A stretch of 54,855 bases of DNA from a virus. The translations under genes were made by a program, and so were the position numbers. The notes under the pieces are model-generated. The model worked only from the letters and a program-made list of their open reading frames with translations. It was not told where the DNA came from and did not search any database. Numbering within the stretch: the stretch's first letter is position 1; every line of letters starts with the position of its first letter. Shown in pieces: positions 44,163 through 54,048 of this stretch. The stretch is from IMG/VR virus record IMGVR_UViG_3300031280_000001, positions 1 through 54,855 of that record; one strand, 5' to 3'.

Positions 44163-44405
44163 ATGAAGATTGAAATTATGTCATGGCAAGACGCTCTTCA
44201 TTTAATGATGAGGGCAGAAAGCATACATGACTGGAATCAGAAACGCCAGATCGTAAAGTATAATGTTGATCCCGAACAAAGGACGACAATTTTAAATGCT
44301 CTGGATGCTCAGAAACTTTGTCCTCATGTAGCTAAGTTGAATCACTGGTCTAAGCCAGTAAAAACTAAATCAACTATTTATGGAAAAAATTCAAAAACAA
44401 ATTGA
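44163..44405 (+). CDS. Hypothetical early protein
   Basis: ORF track. Confidence 0.5.
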   Translation: MKIEIMSWQDALHLMMRAESIHDWNQKRQIVKYNVDPEQRTTILNALDAQKLCPHVAKLNHWSKPVKTKSTIYGKNSKTN

Positions 44406-44922
44406 CGCCTTCTTAAAGAGGGCAACAATCATCAAGGCCGAAATGCGTAGGCATGAAGCAGGTATGTTGATTACGGATCAAATAAATGAAAGTCTTATAT
44501 TTATTAGTCCCAAAGCAAGCTATGTTTATGAGATGACTTATGTTAATAATTATGTAAACCGGGCCAAAGGTATTGAGCCTGGGCAACTATTATGGCATGA
44601 TTACATCTTGGTGCCTATCAGAGAGTGTAATCGGAAAGACAATCCGGAATTATTTTTGGAAATCCTGAAATCCAGCATGAAAATTGTGCCTCATCGGGCA
44701 TATGAAATCTTTGTTGATGGTAAACATCTTAAAAAAATGTCAACCTTTGGCAGAGCAAAGAGCTTTGTTTATGAGCTCAAACGAGCAGCCAATAATGCGA
44801 TGGATGAAAGATACCAGTCATTCAAAAACATAAAACGTATCTGGATTGTAGATCCTGCAGGCAATAAAACATGGTTCATCATGGACTCGAATCCAACTTA
44901 CGCACATTACAATCCCTTTTAA
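44380..44922 (+). CDS. Hypothetical early protein
   Basis: ORF track, 180 aa. Confidence 0.6.
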   Translation: MEKIQKQIDAFLKRATIIKAEMRRHEAGMLITDQINESLIFISPKASYVYEMTYVNNYVNRAKGIEPGQLLWHDYILVPIRECNRKDNPELFLEILKSSMKIVPHRAYEIFVDGKHLKKMSTFGRAKSFVYELKRAANNAMDERYQSFKNIKRIWIVDPAGNKTWFIMDSNPTYAHYNPF

Positions 44923-44956
44923 AAAAAAGGCAGGCCGTTAATGATCTGCCTTTTTT
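44921..44956 (+). terminator. Terminator closing the early module
   Basis: A8-GGCAG...CTGCC-T6. Confidence 0.7.
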
Positions 44957-44999
44957 ATGTCCAAATTTTTCACTATCTTTGTATTAAATAACAACGAAT

Positions 45000-45470
45000 A
45001 TGACAGACTTAAACATCGCTAAAGAAATTGCCGGACTGGTCAAAGAGATCGAGATCCTGGATAGTAAAGTAAGTTCATTGAGTACATTCGCAGGTAAGCT
45101 GGTTAACAGTCGCTTAGGTCACGTTGAGATGGCCCTGGAAGAGTTTGATTTTGACAATGCCCCCACATTGCAATTCCTTCCCGCATCACCGGATGAATTT
45201 GATGATCCAAATGACCCCCCCAGGATGGTTGGGTACTCCAAAATATTTAATGGCAATGGAGAACTCAATATTTACAGTGTATTAATTGAGAATGATGTAG
45301 CCATGTCTGTTATTGATACGGTTCTCGGTAAGATGAAAGCCCAAAAGCAAGACAAGCAAAATACATTAGATACTCTCCTTCCTGGTAATAAGATTTACGG
45401 ATACTCTGTAACTGCAGGCGTACCACAAGCCATCGTTCCAGTTACCGTTAATAAAAAACCCGGACAATAA
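45000..45470 (+). CDS. Hypothetical protein with own promoter
   Basis: TATCTTTG at 44974-44981 upstream. Confidence 0.6.
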   Translation: MTDLNIAKEIAGLVKEIEILDSKVSSLSTFAGKLVNSRLGHVEMALEEFDFDNAPTLQFLPASPDEFDDPNDPPRMVGYSKIFNGNGELNIYSVLIENDVAMSVIDTVLGKMKAQKQDKQNTLDTLLPGNKIYGYSVTAGVPQAIVPVTVNKKPGQ

Positions 45471-45500
45471 TGCCCGGGCTAAATTTAGCTTACTTTGCTT

Positions 45501-46925
45501 TTAGTATATTACGATTAAATCCCTCCTTGGACGCGTGCAAGCTGTGTACAGAATCCTATTTTTCTCGTATGTGTTCCGGTTCGTCTCGATATCATCTTCC
45601 ATGACAACCGCGATCTCGTAGGTCGAACCCTGAGATTTATGACATGTAATTGAATATGAATACCTTACCCAAAAGAATACCCTTTTAAATGCATAGAAAT
45701 CAATCCAAGCGGATCTCGCCTGATATGATCCTGGTTGTAGACTCTTGGCATAATCAGCCTGTAGTTTCAACAGATCATTATATTCCTTCTCTGAGTCCTC
45801 ATGAATCAACCTTACCATCCACTCAGTCCATCCCTTATTATCCCTGAATATATTCACACGAGTATTGTAATATTTGAATAGTTGACCATCTTCATCCCAG
45901 GTTTCAATAATATAATCCATAATTTCCATTTCTTCACTGTTATGGATCATTACCATATCTCCCTCCATTAATGGCTCCATTGCAATCAATCGCTCACCGG
46001 GGAGATATTTAGCCAAGGCATTCTGCTCATAGATATACCGCCTGATCATCGTATTGTATTTCTCCACAGTCTTGTTTCTCCAGGCCAGGATCTTTACATG
46101 GTCATTATCCCGTATGAATTCCTCACTGGTATACTCAGGTAAAATTTCAGTTATGATGAAGCTATCTTTATAGGATCTTGGTACAAATTGCACACTTCCC
46201 TGCTTGGTCGTATTACTCTTCTTAATGGGGACAGGTGTCGGCCGGTGAATCATTTCTCGGATCTTAAATGAATAATCAATGATAGGATTACCAGCATCCT
46301 GCCTGATGATAGCTTCCATCTTAATATAGTCTATACCATCCTCTCGTCGGTAATCTCTATCAAATGGAATTGAGTCAGGTTTGTTAACGGGTGGAATTTG
46401 CAGTGAGTCGCCTACAAATAAAACCTTAAGGCCACGAGAAGCGTATATTTGAATCTCTTTGTATAGCTCATCAGCTAACATGCTTGTCTCGTCCACTATA
46501 AGGAACTGAATCCGGTCCAGTTTACATTTTGCGTACTTATCCTTGACGAATGAAATGATTCCATGCCCATCAATATGTTCTTTCAATCCGAGCGCACTGT
46601 GGACGGTAGAAAAATCTACCCGGGAATCGTGAACATGCTGCCTGATAACTTTGACTGCTTTGTGAGTTGGCGCTGTGACCAGGACAGTTCTTTTGGTAAC
46701 ATCCCCAATATACTGGATCACCACATTCATGAGATAGGTCTTCCCGGTACCAGCATAGCCATCCAGTAAAAACATACCCCCGACTGGTTGATCAACGAAG
46801 ATCTTTATGGCATCGAATGCGTCTGGCTGATCACCCTTCAGACCGTCCTTGTAATTAATGGCTTGCTTTGCGCCGTCCATCTCCACGTCCGGGAGTTGGA
46901 ATAATGTCTTTTCTGGTAAGTTCAT
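45501..46925 (-). CDS. Dda/RecD-like SF1B DNA helicase
   Basis: GYAGTGKT, APTHKA, IVDETSM, VGDSLQIPPV, HKSQGSTY and YTACTR motifs. Confidence 0.9.
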   Translation of the reverse strand: MNLPEKTLFQLPDVEMDGAKQAINYKDGLKGDQPDAFDAIKIFVDQPVGGMFLLDGYAGTGKTYLMNVVIQYIGDVTKRTVLVTAPTHKAVKVIRQHVHDSRVDFSTVHSALGLKEHIDGHGIISFVKDKYAKCKLDRIQFLIVDETSMLADELYKEIQIYASRGLKVLFVGDSLQIPPVNKPDSIPFDRDYRREDGIDYIKMEAIIRQDAGNPIIDYSFKIREMIHRPTPVPIKKSNTTKQGSVQFVPRSYKDSFIITEILPEYTSEEFIRDNDHVKILAWRNKTVEKYNTMIRRYIYEQNALAKYLPGERLIAMEPLMEGDMVMIHNSEEMEIMDYIIETWDEDGQLFKYYNTRVNIFRDNKGWTEWMVRLIHEDSEKEYNDLLKLQADYAKSLQPGSYQARSAWIDFYAFKRVFFWVRYSYSITCHKSQGSTYEIAVVMEDDIETNRNTYEKNRILYTACTRPRRDLIVIY

Positions 46926-47397
46926 TTTTGATTTTTTCTTGAAAATATGGATTAACTAATTTTGAATATATATCAGCGGTGCCGTTGTTCTTCCTGGATG
47001 CCCAGAGGATATCAAAGTCAAGGCCCTTAGCCTGCTTCTCCAATTCCCTAAATCGCTTATAATGTGGGCGTAAACCTGCATTCCGGACCCGGAAGTTACC
47101 ATTGGCCTGCCCTACTATCAGACTGCTGTCTGTATAGATCTCATACTTATCCCAATAAGCGTTTACTGGACCATCGGACCATTTCTCATTGAAGTTCGCA
47201 ATCATCAACTCTATGCCTGCTATGAGTGCCAGCCATTCAGCTATATTATTGGTACCATCTTCGTCCCATCCCGTTTTCGTCTTGAGTACTTCGCACATGT
47301 CAGGATCGAATTGATTGGCCAACACAGCTGCATATCCCATGGTATTGTGATCCGGGTGATTGTAACATGACCCGTCACAATGGATATAGTATGTCAT
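46855..47397 (-). CDS. Ribonuclease HI-like protein
   Basis: CDGSC, TNNIAEWLAL, TDSSLIV and W..R..N..AD motifs. Confidence 0.85.
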   Translation of the reverse strand: MTYYIHCDGSCYNHPDHNTMGYAAVLANQFDPDMCEVLKTKTGWDEDGTNNIAEWLALIAGIELMIANFNEKWSDGPVNAYWDKYEIYTDSSLIVGQANGNFRVRNAGLRPHYKRFRELEKQAKGLDFDILWASRKNNGTADIYSKLVNPYFQEKIKNELTRKDIIPTPGRGDGRRKASH

Positions 47398-47438
47398 AAT
47401 TGGTAATCTAAATATGTTCTATTTCTGCTCATGAGTAA

Positions 47439-48167
47439 TTATCGTGTTTGATTTAAAATAGTCTGGGCACCAAGCACTATGATAGCACCTTCTATCCTAT
47501 GCCACCAAGGGCGTTTATAAAATGGAGGTTTATTCTGTATCTTTACATTATGCATCTTTACAGTATGAACATATGGATTAGCATCCTCTATCGTTACTAC
47601 GGGTCGAAGAGGCTTGAATAATCCCGTCTTCTGATACCCTAAAAATATGGTACTTTCATGTCTGATTGTAAGACCCTGGATACCGACTGTAGCACCATAT
47701 ACTATTCCATTCAATGATACCCACTCGCTGGAATAAGTAAAATTAGCTGGAACCCTTAAATATGTGCCCGTATCAATATCGGGGCAGTTAGTTGAATCAA
47801 TTATTACAACACTGGGCGTATCTACAGCTGCAATCAGTTCTTCATAGAATACGATTTGATTCTCCAACTTAATAATATGCTCAACTTGCTTCAGATTCTT
47901 ATTCTTCAGATCCTCATTCTCGATGATACCTGCAGCTATAGCATTCTCCAGAGAAGCTACCTTCTGATCCTGGATATAGATTTCTTGGCCCTGGTCTGTG
48001 ACTATCACCTCAAAATGATGGATAGTATCAGATAATAATTCCTGTAACTGGACATGTCCGGCCCTTGCATCTCTCCACTGTATGTAGAAATACAACGCCA
48101 ATATAATAACTATGCCTATTATGATAACCTTAATATTCTGGTATATTGATTTTAAAATTTTGTTCAT
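47439..48167 (-). CDS. Membrane-anchored coiled-coil protein, spanin-like
   Basis: N-terminal TM, coiled coil and C-terminal hydrophobic end; adjacent to the amidase. Confidence 0.5.
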   Translation of the reverse strand: MNKILKSIYQNIKVIIIGIVIILALYFYIQWRDARAGHVQLQELLSDTIHHFEVIVTDQGQEIYIQDQKVASLENAIAAGIIENEDLKNKNLKQVEHIIKLENQIVFYEELIAAVDTPSVVIIDSTNCPDIDTGTYLRVPANFTYSSEWVSLNGIVYGATVGIQGLTIRHESTIFLGYQKTGLFKPLRPVVTIEDANPYVHTVKMHNVKIQNKPPFYKRPWWHRIEGAIIVLGAQTILNQTR

Positions 48168-48877
48168 GATTTTATTTTTAAAAGATTCTTATGTATCACA
48201 ATTTCATGCGTCTCTTTGAATGCCTGGACAATCTTAATCATATTACTAAGTTTTAGCATATTACAACACTCGGCAAAGTTAGTAAAAAATCCAGTTTCTG
48301 ATAGTATAGCCGGCATATGTGTCTTAACTAACACAGTAAATTTGGCTTCCTTGTCCGGATCACCATCACCCAGGCCCGGACGCATCTTCCAACCTAGTAT
48401 TTCCTCCAGTCTATAGAAGGCTTCAGTGGCTATAGGATCGCTCAAAGTCCGTCCTGGTGAGGTATACACCTCAACGCCGTTAACTGACTCAACGCCGAAG
48501 CCGTTGCCATGAATTGAGTGGTAATAAGTTTTGATACCCTTCTTTTTTACCTTCGCATTAAAATGATTAGCGCGGATACAACGCTCAGTGCGCCCATAAT
48601 CCGTATGACCCGGTGTTACTATATAATATCCCAGGTTATTATAATAGAGTTCTGCGGCATACATCCACGCTATGGCCCGGTTCCATACCCCCTCATAAAA
48701 TACAAAAGAACCATGATCATACATTTTTCTAGGCGCTGTGACATATTCGCCATTGATCATACCCCCATGCCCAGGATCAATTAACTCTACTACCTTCGAA
48801 CCAATCGGTATCGATTCAAGCGGAGTATGCTCCCTCAGGTAATCGATAGTATTCATTAAAGCTTCTGTAGTCAACAT
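48164..48877 (-). CDS. N-acetylmuramoyl-L-alanine amidase (endolysin)
   Basis: IDPGHGG, E..WN, SIHGN and ILSETGFFTN Amidase_3 motifs; true start probably downstream of 48877. Confidence 0.85.
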   Translation of the reverse strand: MLTTEALMNTIDYLREHTPLESIPIGSKVVELIDPGHGGMINGEYVTAPRKMYDHGSFVFYEGVWNRAIAWMYAAELYYNNLGYYIVTPGHTDYGRTERCIRANHFNAKVKKKGIKTYYHSIHGNGFGVESVNGVEVYTSPGRTLSDPIATEAFYRLEEILGWKMRPGLGDGDPDKEAKFTVLVKTHMPAILSETGFFTNFAECCNMLKLSNMIKIVQAFKETHEIVIHKNLLKIKS

Positions 48878-49385
48878 TTTTAAACAAATTTATAGAATTG
48901 ACGCCCACTATATCATCACCAATAGATATTGGAAGTACGTCGTTATTAATAAGAAATGTAAGCAGCCCCGGTAAATGTTCTAAGAATATAGTGTACTTAT
49001 CCCTTGGGCGTTCACCGGTCTTACGTAGTATAAGTATCGGAAGCCGTTCTGCTCTAGTACTATCGCGGATTACCTGCTTCCAAATAGTGTAAATATTGGA
49101 ATTTTTGCGTAATTCAAAAGTTATATGTAACTTTGACAAGTCCTTCGTCTCTATCACATATGGGAACGGAGAATCCGGATGAACGCATAGTACATCACCA
49201 CATATATATTTATTCATCATCACGTTTTGCCATCGCTTGCCTCCTGAGGCCGGAATACGAACAAACTCGTATCCAGTCCAGGAGGTAAGTAATTTACAGA
49301 CGTATAGCTCGTTCTTATTCCCCTTCTGTTTCTGGTTAATCGGTTGCACGTAGCCTCCACCAAATAGATCCTCCTTCATTCCCAT
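48816..49385 (-). CDS. Holliday junction resolvase-like PD-(D/E)xK nuclease
   Basis: KGNKNELYV...RIPASGG...GDV...IETK. Confidence 0.75.
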   Translation of the reverse strand: MGMKEDLFGGGYVQPINQKQKGNKNELYVCKLLTSWTGYEFVRIPASGGKRWQNVMMNKYICGDVLCVHPDSPFPYVIETKDLSKLHITFELRKNSNIYTIWKQVIRDSTRAERLPILILRKTGERPRDKYTIFLEHLPGLLTFLINNDVLPISIGDDIVGVNSINLFKNVDYRSFNEYYRLPEGAYSA

Positions 49386-49954
49386 TATCCTACTCTGCTA
49401 TTAGGCAAGGCTTCAAGTCCATCCCAGTATTTAAACATCTGTTCTTCCACAGTCTTCTTGGTAAACCTACCTTTGAATTGGTACCATTTTCTTCTCCATT
49501 TCATATCAATCCAGGTCCTGCGGAACCACTTATCAAACAGACTTTTCTGATACTCTTCTTTGGCTGCCTTAATCTGTTCCTTCTCCAGGTTCAGATAATA
49601 CTCAGCCCTATCCATGAATGCCTCAGGACGTAGTGTAAACCTAGCCCGGGGACGTTTGTTGAATCTTGTGCATAAGGTTGTCCACCGATTATTGTAATAC
49701 GACACTTTGTCCGCAGCCTCTTGGCCATCAGGATCTTCCAACTCAGCCCTTGTTTCAAGCATCCTCTGTACCATACCATCCAACTCATTGAGATACTTCT
49801 TCTTCAATCTCTTCTCTTCCCTGCCCTCTGGACCGTTCGGGGCTGTGTGATTAATACTACCAGGTTTATGCAATTCCTTGATTACGCCGTCCCTTGCTTT
49901 AGTGATGTGATCGTCCAGAATTTCTTCGGGACTTCTTTCGATTGTATTTTCCAT
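49385..49954 (-). CDS. Hypothetical protein
   Basis: ORF track. Confidence 0.55.
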   Translation of the reverse strand: MENTIERSPEEILDDHITKARDGVIKELHKPGSINHTAPNGPEGREEKRLKKKYLNELDGMVQRMLETRAELEDPDGQEAADKVSYYNNRWTTLCTRFNKRPRARFTLRPEAFMDRAEYYLNLEKEQIKAAKEEYQKSLFDKWFRRTWIDMKWRRKWYQFKGRFTKKTVEEQMFKYWDGLEALPNSRVG

Positions 49955-52059
49955 TATGTTTTTATTTTAGTTGCGCCATTCTCATCAGCTATTGCAGTCA
50001 TCGTAGATGAATACAAGCTATCGATATGCGGCGAGTGTGTAATAATATAAATTGATTTGCCTTCTGCAACTTTCATCCTTATAAGGTCAAAGACTGCTGC
50101 TTCACCTTTCTCATCCAGTCCTTCGAATACCTCATCCATGATCAGTATGTTGATATTACTATCAGCACTGACTAAGTCATGCATGGCAAAGATCAGAACA
50201 ATATCTAACCGCTGTTTCTGACCTCCGGAGAACTCTTTATAATCCTTGTTGAATTTCTTTCCAACAGAACATACGGTGGTGAACGGCTTAGAAGCTTTGG
50301 TCAGATCGACACTAAACTCAATGGATACCCCCAGACGAGCTGAATACTGTTTTACGTATTCATTCAGATTATCCAGCATAGCTTTAAAGACAAAGGATGG
50401 AAGACCAGCACTGATAAATCCTTTTTTGGTCCACCATTGGTGCAGATTCATCTCATATTTAATATCCTCTAATGCGTCCACTATACCGGTCAGCTCTTTC
50501 TCTAAGTTCTCAGATATATCAATTAGCTGATCAACAGTCTGCGAAAATTTAGGCGGTTCTTCCTTCTGCGCAATTTCCAAAGATGGTATCATTACTTCAA
50601 TCTGACCCTCCAGTATCTTAATGTTATTCTCATTTTCTTTAACCTTCTCGGTTTTCTTAAAAATTTCATTGGCTTCAGTATCTAAGGTTTCTTCTTTCTT
50701 TGTCCCCTCTGTGAATAGGCGTTTAATCTCCTGGCCATCCTCTTCAGCTTTATCATATTTATCCTTGGCTGTTTTGGCGGCCTTTCCAGCGCTCTCTAAC
50801 TCTTTAATCGTCTCTTCCCGGGTGATCATCAACTCTGCTAAATTAGATAATGGTGGTTCTTCTAGCTTCTTTGCTTCCAATTTGGCATTCACGACTTCCA
50901 TTTGGGGAGTATATTTATCCCGTATTGAATTTGTTACAGCTGTAACATTCTCCAGGGGAAGTTTCTGACCGCAGGCGTAGCATTTATCCTTTACTTCATT
51001 TATCTCCTTAGCTTGCGCATTTAACAACCTTTGCAGCTCCTGCTTCAGAAAAAATACAGCTTCAGCCTTATCAATCCCCCACTTGTCGCCCCGTTTCTTC
51101 TCGATATTGACATTAGTTTCAGCTACTACATCAGCCCGGGAGGCAGTACCTGCTCTCTTTCCGGCTTCTATATGTGCATTGTATGGGGCTTCCAGAGTCT
51201 TCTCCAGGGCATTGTATTGCCGCTCCAATTCATCCATCTCCGTCTTAAGGGCCCTATATGCTATTTCATCCCACTTCGCCACGTCTACGTCAAGCTCCTC
51301 ATTTTCTTGTCTATACATGGTAACATCCCCCCTGACATCAGCGATTTCTTCAGAGATCTTATTACAATTCTCTATTTTCTTTGCACCAAACTCCTCCAAT
51401 ATCCTAACCTGTTCATTAATTTCAGTTTTGATAGTTTCAAGCTGACTGTTAATAGTCTGCTGTTCTCCTTCTGCCTTCAGACATTCGCCAGACAACTCTA
51501 TAAGTTTTGCGCCGGCTTTAGACTTAGCATCATTAATGAATGCTGTCTCGAACAATCTTTCAAATAAGTCTCTTTTATCCTTATTATCAGATTCCACAAG
51601 CTTAGACATTCGCTGTCCAAAAAGAATGGATGACATGAAAGTCTGTGAATCAATACCCAAAAGTTTAACAATCTGCGCCTGGACATCCTTCTTGTGGACA
51701 CCGGCCTGATCCTGGCCTCTGATAGCCAGGGCGTCTCTACCTATTCCTTCTCCTCCTGACCATGCGATAGTTCTAACTATTTTATATTCAGTGCCATCTA
51801 CCTCAATTGTGACTTCTACATAAGTTCCACGGAAAGCTTCAGTGCGAGTATCTTCCCAGGTTGGGATCTTTTCAACTGTGGTATCCTTCAGGTTAGTACC
51901 ATACAAGCACCACACGACGGCTTCAAATAAGGTGGTTTTCCCAGCCCCGTTCTCTCCCTTTACAAGGTTAAGGCCCGGACGGTCCAGATTTACCTCAGTA
52001 CGCTCAGCGAGACTGCGAAACCCTTCTACGACGATGTTTTTTATCTTGATCTCTTTCAT
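49954..52059 (-). CDS. sbcC: SbcC/Rad50 (gp46-like) ATPase
   Basis: GENGAGKT, long coiled coil with CYAC zinc hook, FSGGQ signature, MDEVFEGLD, ITH. Confidence 0.92.
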   Translation of the reverse strand: MKEIKIKNIVVEGFRSLAERTEVNLDRPGLNLVKGENGAGKTTLFEAVVWCLYGTNLKDTTVEKIPTWEDTRTEAFRGTYVEVTIEVDGTEYKIVRTIAWSGGEGIGRDALAIRGQDQAGVHKKDVQAQIVKLLGIDSQTFMSSILFGQRMSKLVESDNKDKRDLFERLFETAFINDAKSKAGAKLIELSGECLKAEGEQQTINSQLETIKTEINEQVRILEEFGAKKIENCNKISEEIADVRGDVTMYRQENEELDVDVAKWDEIAYRALKTEMDELERQYNALEKTLEAPYNAHIEAGKRAGTASRADVVAETNVNIEKKRGDKWGIDKAEAVFFLKQELQRLLNAQAKEINEVKDKCYACGQKLPLENVTAVTNSIRDKYTPQMEVVNAKLEAKKLEEPPLSNLAELMITREETIKELESAGKAAKTAKDKYDKAEEDGQEIKRLFTEGTKKEETLDTEANEIFKKTEKVKENENNIKILEGQIEVMIPSLEIAQKEEPPKFSQTVDQLIDISENLEKELTGIVDALEDIKYEMNLHQWWTKKGFISAGLPSFVFKAMLDNLNEYVKQYSARLGVSIEFSVDLTKASKPFTTVCSVGKKFNKDYKEFSGGQKQRLDIVLIFAMHDLVSADSNINILIMDEVFEGLDEKGEAAVFDLIRMKVAEGKSIYIITHSPHIDSLYSSTMTAIADENGATKIKT

Positions 52060-53057
52060 TATTCAAAATATTTAGTGGCAACGCCTTGGAGATCCGCCTT
52101 CGGGAATTGTAATGTATCCGAGTTTGCATCTAGGAAATTATCAAGTATTTCCATAGGTCCTACCTTTTGTGTGTTAAACTTAGACGAATCAAACGTCTCC
52201 TTCTTTTTCTTTTGCTTATCCTCTGGATGGTACCAGACAACATATTGCTCCTTCTCCCAGTCGTCCAGCTTATGACCATAAGGCCTGCGAATGTATTGAG
52301 GATTTTTATCGGTAGTATCCCAGAATGCCGGGAGCTCTCCGCCGTCTATATCTAAGATCCAGAGTCCTTTCTTCCCGTCAATATCACTAGCATCTCTGTG
52401 CATAGGAGATCCGACATTAATGAAGTTACTCCACATGGATGGGTGATGTACGTGGCCATTAAGTACCCATTTGAATTGCTTGAACCTGTCGTCTTCCCAA
52501 TTGATATCATCCTGTATGAAATCATTCTCAGGCCAAATCATCTGGTGCATAAGCAGATACATGTTATCCTTCATCTGAACACGATTCACATTCTCTTCCA
52601 ATGTTTTCCAGAAATCATCAACGTCTTCAAAATATGGTACACCAACAACGGTAAATCTAGGGTCATGAGAGTAATGACCCGGATGTAATAATACAAAATT
52701 TAAAAATAATCCGCCATTTGGACATACCTCAAATGCATCCATAACAGATATGCCAGGGATGGAATAGGTGTTCTTAGTAGCGAAATCGTGGTTTCCAGGG
52801 ATTGCGATAAATTCAATATCCGGATATTCCGTAAAACATTTCTGGAATGCTAACAGTAGCGCATTCATTGCAATAACTGAAATATTCGAAAACTGATCAC
52901 CGAGATCGCCGCAAAACCAAATTTGTTTGATATCATTTTTATTGGCGAGCTTAAAGACATATTCAATCATATCTGCGGCCTTTTGAGCCCTGGTCTGATC
53001 TGCATTGAATTGTTTGTAATCGTGGACATGTAAATCCGAAAAAACTATTACTTTCAT
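52059..53057 (-). CDS. sbcD: SbcD/Mre11 (gp47-like) nuclease
   Basis: SDLH, GDLGD, GNHD and GHVH motifs; adjacent to SbcC. Confidence 0.9.
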   Translation of the reverse strand: MKVIVFSDLHVHDYKQFNADQTRAQKAADMIEYVFKLANKNDIKQIWFCGDLGDQFSNISVIAMNALLLAFQKCFTEYPDIEFIAIPGNHDFATKNTYSIPGISVMDAFEVCPNGGLFLNFVLLHPGHYSHDPRFTVVGVPYFEDVDDFWKTLEENVNRVQMKDNMYLLMHQMIWPENDFIQDDINWEDDRFKQFKWVLNGHVHHPSMWSNFINVGSPMHRDASDIDGKKGLWILDIDGGELPAFWDTTDKNPQYIRRPYGHKLDDWEKEQYVVWYHPEDKQKKKKETFDSSKFNTQKVGPMEILDNFLDANSDTLQFPKADLQGVATKYFE

Positions 53058-53563
53058 GTTGCTGGATTGATTTGTTTTAATGTTTTCGTGTAATTTTTAG
53101 CTGTAGCATAAGGCAGCCCGTTGAGAAACTGATAATACTCTGCTTCTGTAATTGAATGGACCTGGTAGTACTCTTGCCATTTTGCATAATCCATAACCCC
53201 ATCCAGCCAATGTGCATAATGAGCATGTCCATAGATGCTTCCTATCGCTAGAGTATAACGTATGCGTGGCTGCCGCATACCAAACGCATTATTTCCCTCT
53301 GTAAAACTCTTTGAAGTGAACCAGCCTGTTTCCAAAATGGCCTGCCTCATTACAATTTCCGGGTGTTCAACATGCATTTTCAACATCTCAAAAAACAATT
53401 CTGGTGAGAATGGCTCATTCAAGGCTTTCTCCATCATCAACTTTTGTTTGACCCGCCGAATTTGTTCCGTAATTTCACTACACGTTATCTTACGTATTGG
53501 GGCATCGAGATTTGCTGTCATGCATAATAATAGCACAAACATTATATTTCTAATGTATACCAT
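53054..53563 (-). CDS. Glucosaminidase-like peptidoglycan hydrolase
   Basis: QAILETGW...NNAFGM...YATAKNY; N-terminal signal-like segment. Confidence 0.75.
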   Translation of the reverse strand: MVYIRNIMFVLLLCMTANLDAPIRKITCSEITEQIRRVKQKLMMEKALNEPFSPELFFEMLKMHVEHPEIVMRQAILETGWFTSKSFTEGNNAFGMRQPRIRYTLAIGSIYGHAHYAHWLDGVMDYAKWQEYYQVHSITEAEYYQFLNGLPYATAKNYTKTLKQINPAT

Positions 53564-53574
53564 TTTAATTTGTT

Positions 53575-54048
53575 TTAAGCTGCATAATCTGTAATTAAAT
53601 TGTTGGTCCGTTCTTTGGGCAGTCTAATCTGCAGGCCGCGCTCAGCATAGTAAGCAACTATCTTCTCTACTGCCTCTGAGAACTCCTTGGTATTCATCTG
53701 GGAAAATCGCTTCCCGGATAAAAATATTACATCCTGATCATCAATAGTCTCTACCCACATTTCATTTCCTATGACCCGTGTGCGAAGAAAGGCATAAACT
53801 GCTTCCTTTGAATGTAGCACCCCTGTTGTCTCCAGTAAGAACTGCATGACATCTATCACGCATATTCCGTGAATCCATCTGTTTTGTGCTAGAGAGCGCT
53901 TCCTGTAGAACTTCTTGAATGTGATCTCAAGTTGAGTTCCCTGCAGGTGTTTCCATAAGCGCTTAGCGCGAGCAGAGTTAGAGATCGTCAAACTTTGTCC
54001 ATCTGACGAGAGCTCTCCAACTACTGTTATTTCCGGGTTACTAGACAT
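53575..54048 (-). CDS. NinB/Orf-like recombination protein
   Basis: KRSLAQNRWIHG...S.MNTKEFSE.VEKI. Confidence 0.65.
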   Translation of the reverse strand: MSSNPEITVVGELSSDGQSLTISNSARAKRLWKHLQGTQLEITFKKFYRKRSLAQNRWIHGICVIDVMQFLLETTGVLHSKEAVYAFLRTRVIGNEMWVETIDDQDVIFLSGKRFSQMNTKEFSEAVEKIVAYYAERGLQIRLPKERTNNLITDYAA

